In this document: positions 52,223-61,732 of the stretch, one piece after another
Layout: the number at the start of each line of letters is the position of its first letter
How positions within the stretch are numbered: position 1 is the first letter of the stretch
Source of the DNA: Noviherbaspirillum sp.
Lineage (GTDB): Bacteria > Pseudomonadota > Gammaproteobacteria > Burkholderiales > Burkholderiaceae_D
Assembly (NCBI GenBank): GCA_035626875.1
Contig: DASPMV010000007.1
Span: 19,848-83,847 of the forward strand
DNA: 64,000 bases
Direction of reading: 5' to 3'
Program-made: the position numbers and the translations under genes
The notes under the pieces: generated by a model
Databases searched by the model: none
What the model was told of the DNA's origin: nothing
Seen by the model: only the letters and a program-made list of their open reading frames with translations

Positions 52223-53722
52223 CTACGCAGTCATGTGGCGTGCCTGGCGGGGGTTTGCGACGTCGGCCCGCTCCTTTTCCGCCTTCGGCTTCAGGTGCCG
52301 CAAATGCACCTGCCCTGCGTAGTCGCTCTCGAGGATCGCCGTGACCTTCGCGCCATCGTGTCCACGCTCGCGCAGCCATTGCGCCACCAGCGCCGCCAGC
52401 CGCTCCAACGCGATGCGGTGCGTCGCATCCGTCTTCGCGTAGATCCAGTCTGACAAGGCCATGAAATTGGCAAAGGGCGCATCGGCAAGGACCAGCGGCA
52501 AGGTGTTCGCGAAGCGGCCCGAGTTGGCGATCATGTCCCAGTAGCGCGCAAAGCGCACCAGCCGTTGCATGCTGGCGAAGTCGATGCGGTCGGTGGAGAG
52601 GATGGTGTACGGCGCATGCGGATCGAACACCAGCTTGTACGCCTCGGTATGCCGGATCACCGGCGTGCCGCGCAGGCGCTTGAGGATGCCGAACTGGATC
52701 TCGTGCGGGTTGATGGCGACAAGGCGGTCGAAGCCGCGCGCAAAGCTCTCGATGTCTTCGCCGGGCAGCCCGGCGATCAGGTCCACGTGCAGGTGCGCAT
52801 GGGACTCTTCGCAGAGCCAGCGGATGTTGGCGGCGGATTTCTCGTCGTTCTGCTTGCGGCTGATGATGGCTTGGACTTCCGGGTTGAAGGTCTGGATGCC
52901 GATTTCGAGCTGCAGCGTGCCGGGCGGGAATTTCTTGATGGCTTCCTTCAGCGCATCGGGCAGGTGGTCAGGCACGACCTCGAAGTGCGCGAACACCGGG
53001 TCTTCCGGATGTGTGGCCAGCTTGTCGAGGAAGAATTGCATGATGCGCAGGCTGGACTTGATGTTCAGGTTGAAAGTGCGGTCGACAAACTTGAACAGCC
53101 GCGCGCCGCGTGCATGCAGCGACTCCAGCTCGGCGAGGAACAGGTCGAGGTCGAACGGCCACGAGGTCTTGTCGAGTGAGGACAGGCAGAACTCGCACTT
53201 GAACGGACAGCCGCGCGAAGCCTCGACATAGAGGTTGCGGTGAGCAATATCCTTGTCGTCGTAGAGCGCATACGGCAGCTTGATTTCCGACATTGGCAAC
53301 TGTACACCGGCATGGATTTTCATCAGGGGCTTCGGACCGTGCAGGATCTGCTTGCACAGTTGCGGGAAGGTCGCCTCGCCCCAGCCCGTCACCACATAAT
53401 CGGCAAGCTGCGCGATTTGCTGCTCCTGCGTTTCGTAGGACACTTCGGGTCCGCCGAGCACGACGACGATCTCTGGCGCGACGCGCTTGAGCATCGCGAC
53501 GACCTTGGTGGTTTCCTCCACGTTCCAGATGTACACGCCTAGGCCGACGATGCGCGGGTGATGCGAAAGAATGCGTTCGACGACTTCCGTGGTCTTGGAA
53601 CCGATCACGAATTCCTGCAGGCGCGTCTCCGGCTGCAGGTCGCCCATGTTGGCAATCAAATAACGCAGCCCGAGCGAGGCATGCGCAAAGCGGGCATTCA
53701 GGGTGGAAAGCAGGATGGTCAT
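52223..53722 (-). CDS. B12-binding radical SAM protein (DUF4080-type)
   Basis: N-terminal cobalamin-binding domain (GGPEVS), SRGCPFKCEFC, DLIAGLPGE. Confidence 0.9.
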   Translation of the reverse strand: MTILLSTLNARFAHASLGLRYLIANMGDLQPETRLQEFVIGSKTTEVVERILSHHPRIVGLGVYIWNVEETTKVVAMLKRVAPEIVVVLGGPEVSYETQEQQIAQLADYVVTGWGEATFPQLCKQILHGPKPLMKIHAGVQLPMSEIKLPYALYDDKDIAHRNLYVEASRGCPFKCEFCLSSLDKTSWPFDLDLFLAELESLHARGARLFKFVDRTFNLNIKSSLRIMQFFLDKLATHPEDPVFAHFEVVPDHLPDALKEAIKKFPPGTLQLEIGIQTFNPEVQAIISRKQNDEKSAANIRWLCEESHAHLHVDLIAGLPGEDIESFARGFDRLVAINPHEIQFGILKRLRGTPVIRHTEAYKLVFDPHAPYTILSTDRIDFASMQRLVRFARYWDMIANSGRFANTLPLVLADAPFANFMALSDWIYAKTDATHRIALERLAALVAQWLRERGHDGAKVTAILESDYAGQVHLRHLKPKAEKERADVANPRQARHMTA

Positions 53723-53777
53723 GGAGGCAACAGGCGGGATCGGCAGCCCTGTATTTTACGCCTGTCCGCCCGGTCGC

Positions 53778-54812
53778 TCAGCGCTTCTCTCCCGACGGCC
53801 GCAACTTCCGGAACACGCTCGGCGGGACGCCGAACCAGCGCCGGAAACTGCGGCTGAAGTTCGACGTATCGTGATATCCGAGCGCTTCCGCGATGCTTTC
53901 GACGGAACGCCCGGTATGCTGCAAATACCATTGCGCCTGCTCCTTGCGCACCTCGTCAAGCAGTTCCTGGTAGCTCGTGCCGTGCTGCTTCAGGCGCCGC
54001 ATCAGGGTGCGCGAGGACATGTGCAGTTCCGCCGCCATCGCTTCGCAGGTCGGCAGACTGTCGCTGCGCCCCTGCAGCCTTGCGCGCACCTGCTGCAGCA
54101 CATCACCCTCGCCCAGCAGTTGCGCGAGCGTCTTCTCGCACTCGCGCAACGCCGACGCACAGGCCGGCGCATCCGCGGTCAGGCATGGGAGGTCGAGCAG
54201 GGCGTGCGGCAGGCGCAGTTCCATGCAGGCAGCGCCGAACTGCAAGCGGCCGGCCAGTCGCCTTCGATAAGCGTCCGCCCACAGCGGCCTGGGATACGGA
54301 AGCGCGCATTCCATCTCCTCCAGCGGAGTCCCGACCAGCGAGTCGAGCAGCTTGACCAGCACGACCAGCACCGCTTCCAGCACCGGCACGCGAACGGCGC
54401 CGAGGTCGATCCGCTCGCGCACCTGGAGGATGCTGTGCGTCGCATTGGTAGCCAGGCGGAACTCGAGCGCGCTGCCGCGCAGCCGGCCATATCGCACGAT
54501 CACGTCCAGCGCCTGCCGCACGTCCCGGCTTGCAACCGCAGCGTAGCCGACTGCGCCGTGGCCGGACACCGGGATCGCCGCGCCGAATTCCAGTCCGAGG
54601 GCCGGATCGCCGGACAGCGCAAGCGCGGCACGGACCAGCGGGCGTATCTGCTGCAGGCCGATGCCATCGGCCGATTCGACGAGGCGAGCCCAATCCAGGC
54701 CCGTTCCTGCCAGCAAGGTGGGCGTTTCGATGCCGCGCTTGCGCATCAGCACGCAGAGCAGCCGCACGTAGGAAGGATGGAAGGCCGGTGTCAGCCAGTG
54801 GGCACGGATCAC
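53778..54812 (-). CDS. AraC family regulator divergent from alkB
   Basis: C-terminal MSSRTLMRRL and LGYHDTSNFSRSFRRWFGVPP HTH motifs. Confidence 0.9.
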   Translation of the reverse strand: MIRAHWLTPAFHPSYVRLLCVLMRKRGIETPTLLAGTGLDWARLVESADGIGLQQIRPLVRAALALSGDPALGLEFGAAIPVSGHGAVGYAAVASRDVRQALDVIVRYGRLRGSALEFRLATNATHSILQVRERIDLGAVRVPVLEAVLVVLVKLLDSLVGTPLEEMECALPYPRPLWADAYRRRLAGRLQFGAACMELRLPHALLDLPCLTADAPACASALRECEKTLAQLLGEGDVLQQVRARLQGRSDSLPTCEAMAAELHMSSRTLMRRLKQHGTSYQELLDEVRKEQAQWYLQHTGRSVESIAEALGYHDTSNFSRSFRRWFGVPPSVFRKLRPSGEKR

Positions 54813-54954
54813 GTTATTCTGTCAGGGAAACCTCGACTGGGATTACCGACGATCCTGTCACATAATGACTAGAGATTGCCACTTACTTCGGTGTGCGTGG
54901 CAAGCCATCCGCGCGATCCTTTGATTTCACTTAAATCAGAACAAGGACAACACG

Positions 54955-56136
54955 ATGGAGACACTTGCTTGCCCGCCCGGCACGGGCTACCGGGATCGAA
55001 AGCGTTACGCATGGATGCTTTCGCTCCTGGTCCCTTCCACGATCGCCGCAGGCCCGCTGCTGTATTACGCCATACCCGATCCGCGCATCCTCTGGCTGCC
55101 GGTCGTAAGCAGCTATATCGCCTTTCCCCTCCTCGACCTCGCACTCGGCAAGGATTCGAGCAACCCGCCCGAGGAAGTCGTGCCGGCGCTGGAAGCCGAC
55201 GACTATTACCGCCACGTCACCTACGCGCTGGTGCCGCTGCTGTGGATCGGCTTCATCTTCGGTATCTGGTTCTTCACCAGCCATGACCTGCCGCTGCATG
55301 CCCAGCTGGCCGGTATCGTCTCGACCGGCATGATCGGCGGCTATGGCATCAACCTCGGACACGAGTTGGGACACAAGCGGACGGAACTGGAGCGGCGGCT
55401 GGCGAAGTTCATCCTCGCATTGACGGGCTACGGACATTTCTACATCGAGCACAACCGAGGCCACCACCGGGACGTGGCGACGCCTGTTGATCCCGCGTCC
55501 TCGCGCATGGGCGAAAACCTCTACCGTTTCCTGCTGCGGGAAATGCCGGGCGCCTTCGTGCGCGCATGGCGTCTGGAAAGGGAACGGCTGGCACGCGAAG
55601 GAAGTTCGCCATGGACGCTGCGCAACGAGGTCATCCAGCCGATGCTGCTGACGGCCGTCTTCTTCACTGCGATGACGGCATGGCTTGGGCTGCACGCGCT
55701 ACCCTTCATCCTGCTCACTTCGTTCTTCAGCAACTTCCAACTGACGCTGGCGAACTACGTGGAGCACTATGGCCTGCTGCGCGACCGCCTGCCGTCCGGC
55801 CGGTACGAAACCTGCAAGCCGCACCATTCATGGAACAGCAACCAGCTGTTTTCCAATTGGGCACTGTTTCATTTGCAGCGCCACTCCGACCATCATGCGC
55901 ACCCGTTGCGACGTTACCAGTCGCTGCGCCACTTCGAGCATGTGCCGCAACTGCCGACCGGGTATTTCGGGATGTTCCTGATTGCCCATGTCCCGCCGCT
56001 TTGGTATCGGATCATGGACAGGCGGCTGCTGGAGGCGGTGGGACGCGATCCCCGGAAGATCAATTTCGATCCGGGGAAGCGCGCATCGTTGATGAGGAAA
56101 TACGGCCTCCGGGAGGCGGACGCCGGAGGGGCTTAG
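54955..56136 (+). CDS. alkB: Integral-membrane alkane 1-monooxygenase
   Basis: His boxes HELGHK, EHNRGHH, NYVEHYG, LQRHSDHHA. Confidence 0.95.
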   Translation: METLACPPGTGYRDRKRYAWMLSLLVPSTIAAGPLLYYAIPDPRILWLPVVSSYIAFPLLDLALGKDSSNPPEEVVPALEADDYYRHVTYALVPLLWIGFIFGIWFFTSHDLPLHAQLAGIVSTGMIGGYGINLGHELGHKRTELERRLAKFILALTGYGHFYIEHNRGHHRDVATPVDPASSRMGENLYRFLLREMPGAFVRAWRLERERLAREGSSPWTLRNEVIQPMLLTAVFFTAMTAWLGLHALPFILLTSFFSNFQLTLANYVEHYGLLRDRLPSGRYETCKPHHSWNSNQLFSNWALFHLQRHSDHHAHPLRRYQSLRHFEHVPQLPTGYFGMFLIAHVPPLWYRIMDRRLLEAVGRDPRKINFDPGKRASLMRKYGLREADAGGA

Positions 56137-56885
56137 TAGCTGTAGGCGATGTTCAGGCCCGCGCCCCAGTCCGGGCTGCCGTCGGCGAAGCCCTTGGTCG
56201 CGTAGGCCTGCATCTTGTAGCCGCCCCCCAGCTTGCGCATATAGAAGCCCGTGACCTCGCGCTGCGCAAAGCCGGTGTCGGTGGAGCGGCTGCGGTAGTC
56301 CAGCAACGCTCCCACGCTCGCCTGCTGGTCCAGCTTGTACGACAGGCCGGCGTTGGCGCTAACCACATCCTTGAGCTTCAGCGTCTCGGAATCGCCGAGC
56401 ATGCCGTAGCCGATGCCGCCGAAGTACGTCACGTTGCCAAACTTCGCATAGGGATCGACCAGGATCCAGATGTCGTTCTCACCGGTACCGAGGCCGCGGT
56501 CGCTGTTGGCGGTGCCCCACTTGACCTTGCCGGTGACATCGACGCCGAACTGCGACTTTGGATCGATCATGAACGAATAGGTAGCCGCCGTGGTGAGGTC
56601 GCCTAATCCCGAGTCGGTCCGCACCCGCGTCGCCGTCTGGCTGACTGTGCCGACCCCTACGATCACATTGTCCGAACCAGTAATGCGCACGTAGGGAATC
56701 GATGCCTTGAAGGTCCAGTTTCCGGTTTCGTAGGTGCCGATGAGCGGAATCGCCGTGATCTCGGTGGTGGTGTTCGTGCCGTACTTGCCTGTGGTGTAAT
56801 CAAATCCGGTTTTCACGGTGAAGTTACCTTCGGCGACCGCGGCCTGCGATACGAGTGTGGCGGCGAGGAGGATCTGTCTTTTCAT
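56133..56885 (-). CDS. Outer-membrane beta-barrel (probable COG4313/MetA-pathway-like channel)
   Basis: Signal peptide, alternating beta-strand pattern, SGLGD and GLGTG motifs, C-terminal aromatic beta-signal (LNIAYSY). Confidence 0.7.
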   Translation of the reverse strand: MKRQILLAATLVSQAAVAEGNFTVKTGFDYTTGKYGTNTTTEITAIPLIGTYETGNWTFKASIPYVRITGSDNVIVGVGTVSQTATRVRTDSGLGDLTTAATYSFMIDPKSQFGVDVTGKVKWGTANSDRGLGTGENDIWILVDPYAKFGNVTYFGGIGYGMLGDSETLKLKDVVSANAGLSYKLDQQASVGALLDYRSRSTDTGFAQREVTGFYMRKLGGGYKMQAYATKGFADGSPDWGAGLNIAYSY

Positions 56886-56909
56886 TGCAATAACAGTCGT
56901 TGGTCCAAC

Positions 56910-56938
56910 AAAAAACCGGGCAACGCATGTTGCCCGGT
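56910..56938 (-). terminator. Intrinsic terminator between the KVE-repeat gene and the beta-barrel gene
   Basis: Minus strand ACCGGGCAAC-ATGC-GTTGCCCGGT-TTTTT. Confidence 0.8.
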
Positions 56939-56961
56939 CGGATGGGTGTGGATTCAATGGT

Positions 56962-57552
56962 TTAGTTGCGACGGGTCTTTTCGATTTTCTCAGGACGCTC
57001 GATCTTTTCAACCTTGGCGACCTTTTCCACTTTCTCGACCTTCTCTACCTTCTCGACTTTTTCAACCTTGTCGATCTTCTCGACTTTCTCCACCTTGTCG
57101 ACCTTTGCCGGCTTCTCCGTCTTGAAAGCGGCGATCGCTTCGCGCTTCTCCGCAGCGGCTTCCCGGTTCAGGGCAGCGCGCGCCTGGCCTGCCTGCGCCG
57201 CTTCGGGATGCACGACAGTTGCGCCATGCGCCTTCGCGGTCACGCCGGAAGGAAGGGTCGAACCCGGTTTGTAGACGGTGGCACCCTGGCGGACCGCCGT
57301 GGTCGTTGTGGTGGTGGTCGGCGTGGTGGCAGCAGTTGTGGTCGTCGTCGGCGTCGTGGTGGTCGTGGTCGTTGTGGCCATAGTCGTCGGCGTTGTCGTC
57401 GCGGTCGTGGTCGGCGCCACCGGCGTCGAGCTGGCCGTGGTCGTCGTGGTATCGGTCGTGGCCGTTTGTGCGAATGCCGCGCTGGTGGTCAGCAGGACAG
57501 TAGCGAGCGCGTTCAGGACGATGGCGGGGGCAGTGATCTTGGTGCGTTTCAT
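56962..57552 (-). CDS. Secreted Thr-rich protein with C-terminal KVE tripeptide repeat
   Basis: GGGAGA RBS; signal peptide ending AFA; long poly-Thr tract; 14 tripeptide units. Confidence 0.8.
   Translation of the reverse strand: MKRTKITAPAIVLNALATVLLTTSAAFAQTATTDTTTTTASSTPVAPTTTATTTPTTMATTTTTTTTPTTTTTAATTPTTTTTTTAVRQGATVYKPGSTLPSGVTAKAHGATVVHPEAAQAGQARAALNREAAAEKREAIAAFKTEKPAKVDKVEKVEKIDKVEKVEKVEKVEKVEKVAKVEKIERPEKIEKTRRN
56980..57105 (-). repeat. Coding 9-bp degenerate tandem repeat, 14 units
   Basis: KVD KVE KVE KID KVE KVE KVE KVE KVE KVA KVE KIE RPE KIE with varied synonymous codons. Confidence 0.9.
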
Positions 57553-57817
57553 GGTGGTCTCCCAAAGGCAGGTGTCAAATATTCAAATGCCGGAGCCATG
57601 GTAAGCGCGCACCATGGAAAGGAGAGCCACGGAAATGTTTCACCTGTAAGGAAATGCTACCATCAGGAAATATCACCGATGTGCCGTCGCCCAATACCCC
57701 CGCTGCCTGTACGTCATCTTGACCTCAATCAATGGATTCGGGATTGCAGCTTTTCCCCTTGGAATCGCGGTGATTAAATGGATTAATCACGGACACTGAC
57801 GATTGTCGAGGTTCCCC

Positions 57818-58261
57818 ATGCTTGAAACCACTGAAAAAAAAGAGCTTGATACGGTCCAGCTTGCCTGGTCGCAGGATCTGGCCATCGGCCACGAGCTGAT
57901 CGATGCGGACCACCAGGACATTTTTGACGCCGCGCAGCGGCTGCACGCGGAAATCACCTCCGAAGAGCCGGAGTATTCCATCGTCGGCGAAGTGCTCGTT
58001 GAACTGATCGATCACACCGGCGGACATTTCGCGCGCGAAGAAGCGCTGATGCGGGAGATCGGTTTTCCCGCGTATGAGGCGCACAAGCGGGAGCACACGC
58101 TGCTGATGCAGAAGGTCAATGACCTGCACCGTCAGTACATGGATAGCCGCAGCAGCCGCAACCTGCCGATCGAAGTCGCGAAGTTCATCCAGTACGGCCT
58201 CGTCCGTCACATCATGCGATCGGACATGGAGCTCGCCAGCTTCATGCGGGCGGACAAGTAA
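57818..58261 (+). CDS. Bacteriohemerythrin
   Basis: IDADH, HFAREE, HKREH, HIMRSD di-iron ligands. Confidence 0.9.
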   Translation: MLETTEKKELDTVQLAWSQDLAIGHELIDADHQDIFDAAQRLHAEITSEEPEYSIVGEVLVELIDHTGGHFAREEALMREIGFPAYEAHKREHTLLMQKVNDLHRQYMDSRSSRNLPIEVAKFIQYGLVRHIMRSDMELASFMRADK

Positions 58262-58318
58262 AGCGTTCCGCAAGCAGATCCGCCCCGGGGCGCGCCCCGG
58301 GGTTTCCCCGTTGTTTCC

Positions 58319-59104
58319 TTATTTCGCCGCCGTGACTGCTTTCTTCGTCACGTAGGTCCGCAACACGTATTCCGACACATCGGCGATATCCTGGTTGCTC
58401 AGGCTCTTTTCCCAGGACGGCATGTGGCCGCGCCCGTTCGATACGGTGGCGAACAGCGAGAACCCGGTCGCATAGTCGCGGAACTCCTGGTCATTGAAAT
58501 TGCGCGGCTTGATCTGGGCCACGCGCGGGTCGGAGCCCTTTCCGTCGCCGTTCGCACCGTGGCAGGACTGGCAGCTCGCCGCATAGACGGTCTTCCCGCG
58601 CGCCGCATCCGGCTTGAGTCCGTACGGGTAGTCCACTTTCTTCGCATTGGAATGGTCGTGGTGCTTGTGCCGCGCATCGCCGTGGTCATGGTAATTGTCC
58701 GCCGGCCTGCCGCCCATGAAGCGAACAATGATGTAGTCCACCATGGTTTCCATCTGCTCGGGGCTCAGGTGCTCCTTCCACGAGATCATGGCAGTGCGCT
58801 TGCCTTCCCTGGTCAAGGTACCCTTTTGCAGCGTTTGGATCATGTGGTCGCGCGACAGCTCCTCGCGCGCCTTGGCGTCGGTGAAGTTGCGCGGCGGGGG
58901 ATCCAGCGCAAGACGCGCCTGCGTCTGTCCATCGCCGTTCGGGCCGTGACATACCGCGCAATAGTGGCGATAGAGCTTGTCCGGCTCGTCGGTGCTCATG
59001 TGGCTCTTCCACTTCTTGTCCTGGGCCGCTGCAGGACCGGCGGCCAGGGCGGCCGCCAGCAGCGCGAAGACAGCCGCCGTACGTGCAGCTTTGCGTTGGT
59101 ACAT
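58319..59104 (-). CDS. Periplasmic di-haem c-type cytochrome
   Basis: Signal peptide; CAVCH and CQSCH, each followed by PRNF and a distal Met; His-rich linker. Confidence 0.88.
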   Translation of the reverse strand: MYQRKAARTAAVFALLAAALAAGPAAAQDKKWKSHMSTDEPDKLYRHYCAVCHGPNGDGQTQARLALDPPPRNFTDAKAREELSRDHMIQTLQKGTLTREGKRTAMISWKEHLSPEQMETMVDYIIVRFMGGRPADNYHDHGDARHKHHDHSNAKKVDYPYGLKPDAARGKTVYAASCQSCHGANGDGKGSDPRVAQIKPRNFNDQEFRDYATGFSLFATVSNGRGHMPSWEKSLSNQDIADVSEYVLRTYVTKKAVTAAK

Positions 59105-59266
59105 CACGAACCTTTCAACAATATCAATGCGGGACGCACGCCCCGCTTCCGGAATTTCAGGCCATTGTATAGCCCCGCAGAAACGCCGCAACCGAATCTA
59201 CATCAAGTTTTTACGTCGATTCGATGCCGGTTTGATACTGTCTTGCCAGTTCGTGATGCCATTCCT

Positions 59267-60934
59267 TCACGTCGGGTTCTTTTCCATTTCCTTTTCCTGT
59301 AGCGCCCGCCACATGACCTTCCCCGTCGCCGACTTGGGCAGGGCCTGCACGAACTCCACCAGCTTGGGCACCTTGTAGGCGGCCATCTTCTGCTGTGCCC
59401 AGGAGACAATCTCCTCCTCCGTTGCCGCCGCGCCCGGCCGCTTGACGATGACGGCCTTGACGGTCTCACCGCGGTAGGGGTCGCGTGCCGCGATGATGCA
59501 GCACTCCTGCACGGCCGGATGCTGGTACATCATCGATTCCACTTCCGCTGGCCAGACCTTGAAGCCGCTGGCGTTGATCATGCGCTTGAGGCGGTCGGTG
59601 AAGTAGAAAAAGCCTTCTTCATCCATGTAACCGAGGTCGCCGGAGCGGAAGAAGCGCTTGCCGTCCAGTTCGGCGAAGGATTCCTCGGTTTTGCGCGGGT
59701 CGTTCCAGTATCCCTTGAACACCTGCGGACCGTGGATCCAGATCTCGCCGTTCTCGCCCTGCGGCACTTCCTTCATCGTGATCGGATCGACGATGCGCGA
59801 ATCCACGTTCAGGTAGGGCATGCCGAGGCACTGCTGCTTCATCCGGTTGGGCGGGTTGACGTGCGATGCGGCCATGGTCTCCGAGAGGCCATAACCTTCC
59901 ATGTACTGCTGGCCGGTCAGGTCGAGCAGCTTCTGTGCGATCGCCGCGGGCATTGCCGCGCCGCCGCCGGAGACGCGCTTGAGGCCGGAGATGTCGTATT
60001 CCGGCAGGCGCGGATTGGACAGGAAGTCGATCATCATGGTCGGGATCAGCGTCCACGTCGTAACCTTGTAACGCGTGATGAGCTGGCCAGCCGCATCGCG
60101 GTCCCAGCGCGGCAGGACGACGATGGCGCCGCCGGTGTAGATCATCGCGTTCATCACCGATTGCATGCCGGTGACGTGGAAGAACGGCAGCACGGCCAGC
60201 GTGACGTGGTCCGGCGCCATCGGCCCCGACCAGGTCGGACTGGCCACCGCGTTGAACATCACCGAGCGGTGCGTATGGATGCAGCCCTTCGGCTTGCCCG
60301 TGGTGCCCGAGGTATAGGGCATGCAGGCCAGGTCGTCCGGTCCGGCCTCGTGCGAGCGCGGCGTCAGTGCCGCGTCCATGGCGTCCTTCCAGGTCACGAC
60401 GCCCGGCAATGCGGGCACGTCGCGCGGCGCGCGCACGAAGTCGGGCACGTTGAGCTCTGTCGGCTGGATCAGGTAATCGGAATAGCTCGCGACGATCGCC
60501 TTCTCGAGCGTACCCTTGCCCAGTAGCGGCGCCGTGCGCGAAAAGATTTCCTGCGACACGATCGCCACCTTCGCACCGCTGTCCTCGATGGTGTGCTGCA
60601 GTTCGTCGGTCATCAGCATCGGGTTGACCGGCACCACCATCGCATCGGCGCGCATGATCGCGTAGAAGGCAATGATGAACTGCGGGCTGTTCTGCATGTT
60701 CAGCAGCACGCGGTCGCCGCGTTGCACGCCGCACGACTGCTGCAGGTAGCCGGCGAGCGCGAGCACCTGCTCGTGCACCTGCGCGTAGGACAGCACCGTG
60801 TCGTAGAAGATGATGGCGGGCTTGTTGGGATAGCGGCGCGCGGACACTTCCATGTTCACGTACACGCTCGTTTCCGGAGTGGTGATGGCGTACGGGAGTC
60901 CCGTCGGCCAGTGGGCGTAATGGGTGGTGTTCAT
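59267..60934 (-). CDS. Long-chain acyl-CoA ligase (AMP-binding family)
   Basis: YTSGTTGKPKG, EGYGLSE, RSGDLG, LPKSATGK. Confidence 0.93.
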   Translation of the reverse strand: MNTTHYAHWPTGLPYAITTPETSVYVNMEVSARRYPNKPAIIFYDTVLSYAQVHEQVLALAGYLQQSCGVQRGDRVLLNMQNSPQFIIAFYAIMRADAMVVPVNPMLMTDELQHTIEDSGAKVAIVSQEIFSRTAPLLGKGTLEKAIVASYSDYLIQPTELNVPDFVRAPRDVPALPGVVTWKDAMDAALTPRSHEAGPDDLACMPYTSGTTGKPKGCIHTHRSVMFNAVASPTWSGPMAPDHVTLAVLPFFHVTGMQSVMNAMIYTGGAIVVLPRWDRDAAGQLITRYKVTTWTLIPTMMIDFLSNPRLPEYDISGLKRVSGGGAAMPAAIAQKLLDLTGQQYMEGYGLSETMAASHVNPPNRMKQQCLGMPYLNVDSRIVDPITMKEVPQGENGEIWIHGPQVFKGYWNDPRKTEESFAELDGKRFFRSGDLGYMDEEGFFYFTDRLKRMINASGFKVWPAEVESMMYQHPAVQECCIIAARDPYRGETVKAVIVKRPGAAATEEEIVSWAQQKMAAYKVPKLVEFVQALPKSATGKVMWRALQEKEMEKNPT

Positions 60935-61074
60935 TTGTCTCCGTCTCGGTTTTATAGTTTGGAAAATTGATTATAGGTGGGCATGGAAAATGCTGCTGAC
61001 ACCCCCTCCGGCAGGATTCCCGCTGCTGCGCTACCATCCAGTTTCTTCCCGTTAGATCAAGAAAGAGGCATGCC

Positions 61075-61686
61075 ATGAAACTCTATTACTCGACCGGAGC
61101 CTGCTCCCTCTCTCCCCACATTGTCCTGCGCGAAGCAGGCCTTCCCTTTGACCTTGAGCGCGTGAACCTTGCCAGCAAGAAGACTGCCGGCGGCGCGGAT
61201 TACCTCGAGGTCAATCCGAAGGGCTACGTGCCGGCATTGGTACTTGAGAACGGCGACGTGTTGACGGAAGGACCCGCCATCGTCCAGTACCTCGCGGACA
61301 AGGTCCCGGAAAAACAGCTTGCACCGGCGGCTGGCTCGATGGAGCGCTATCACCTGATCGAATGGCTGAATTTCATCTCGACGGAACTGCACAAGACATT
61401 CTCGCCGCTGTTCAAGCCGAACACACCGGAAGAAACCAAGCAGGCAGCGCGCGACACCATTTCCACACGGCTCAACATAGTCGAGAAGCAACTGCAGGGC
61501 CGCGACTACCTGACCGGGAACCAATTCAGCGTCGCGGATGCCTACCTCTTCACCGTGCTGAACTGGGCACGTCCGATGAAATTCGACCTGGGCCAATGGC
61601 CTGCGGTACAGGGATTCATGCAGCGGGTGGCCGCACGGCCGGCAGTCCACGACGCCATGAAGGCGGAGGGCCTGATCAAGGAATGA
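61075..61686 (+). CDS. gstA: Beta-class glutathione S-transferase
   Basis: MKLYYSTGACSLSPHI, NPKGYVP, TELHK. Confidence 0.93.
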   Translation: MKLYYSTGACSLSPHIVLREAGLPFDLERVNLASKKTAGGADYLEVNPKGYVPALVLENGDVLTEGPAIVQYLADKVPEKQLAPAAGSMERYHLIEWLNFISTELHKTFSPLFKPNTPEETKQAARDTISTRLNIVEKQLQGRDYLTGNQFSVADAYLFTVLNWARPMKFDLGQWPAVQGFMQRVAARPAVHDAMKAEGLIKE

Positions 61687-61732
61687 TTCGGTCCACGCGC
61701 TGCAACTCGTCGCATTGGGAGGTTGCAGGGAT

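Noticed and set aside
57295-57465. GTN-rich repetitive DNA as a CRISPR or non-coding repeat; plus-strand poly-Val ORF 57278-57604
   Set aside because: It is the antisense of Thr codons in the secreted protein; no repeat-spacer structure.
57590-57660. Recurring TTTCC/GGAAA words upstream of the KVE-repeat gene as a regulator box
   Set aside because: Spacing is irregular and does not match the TCACAAA repeat; cannot be supported.
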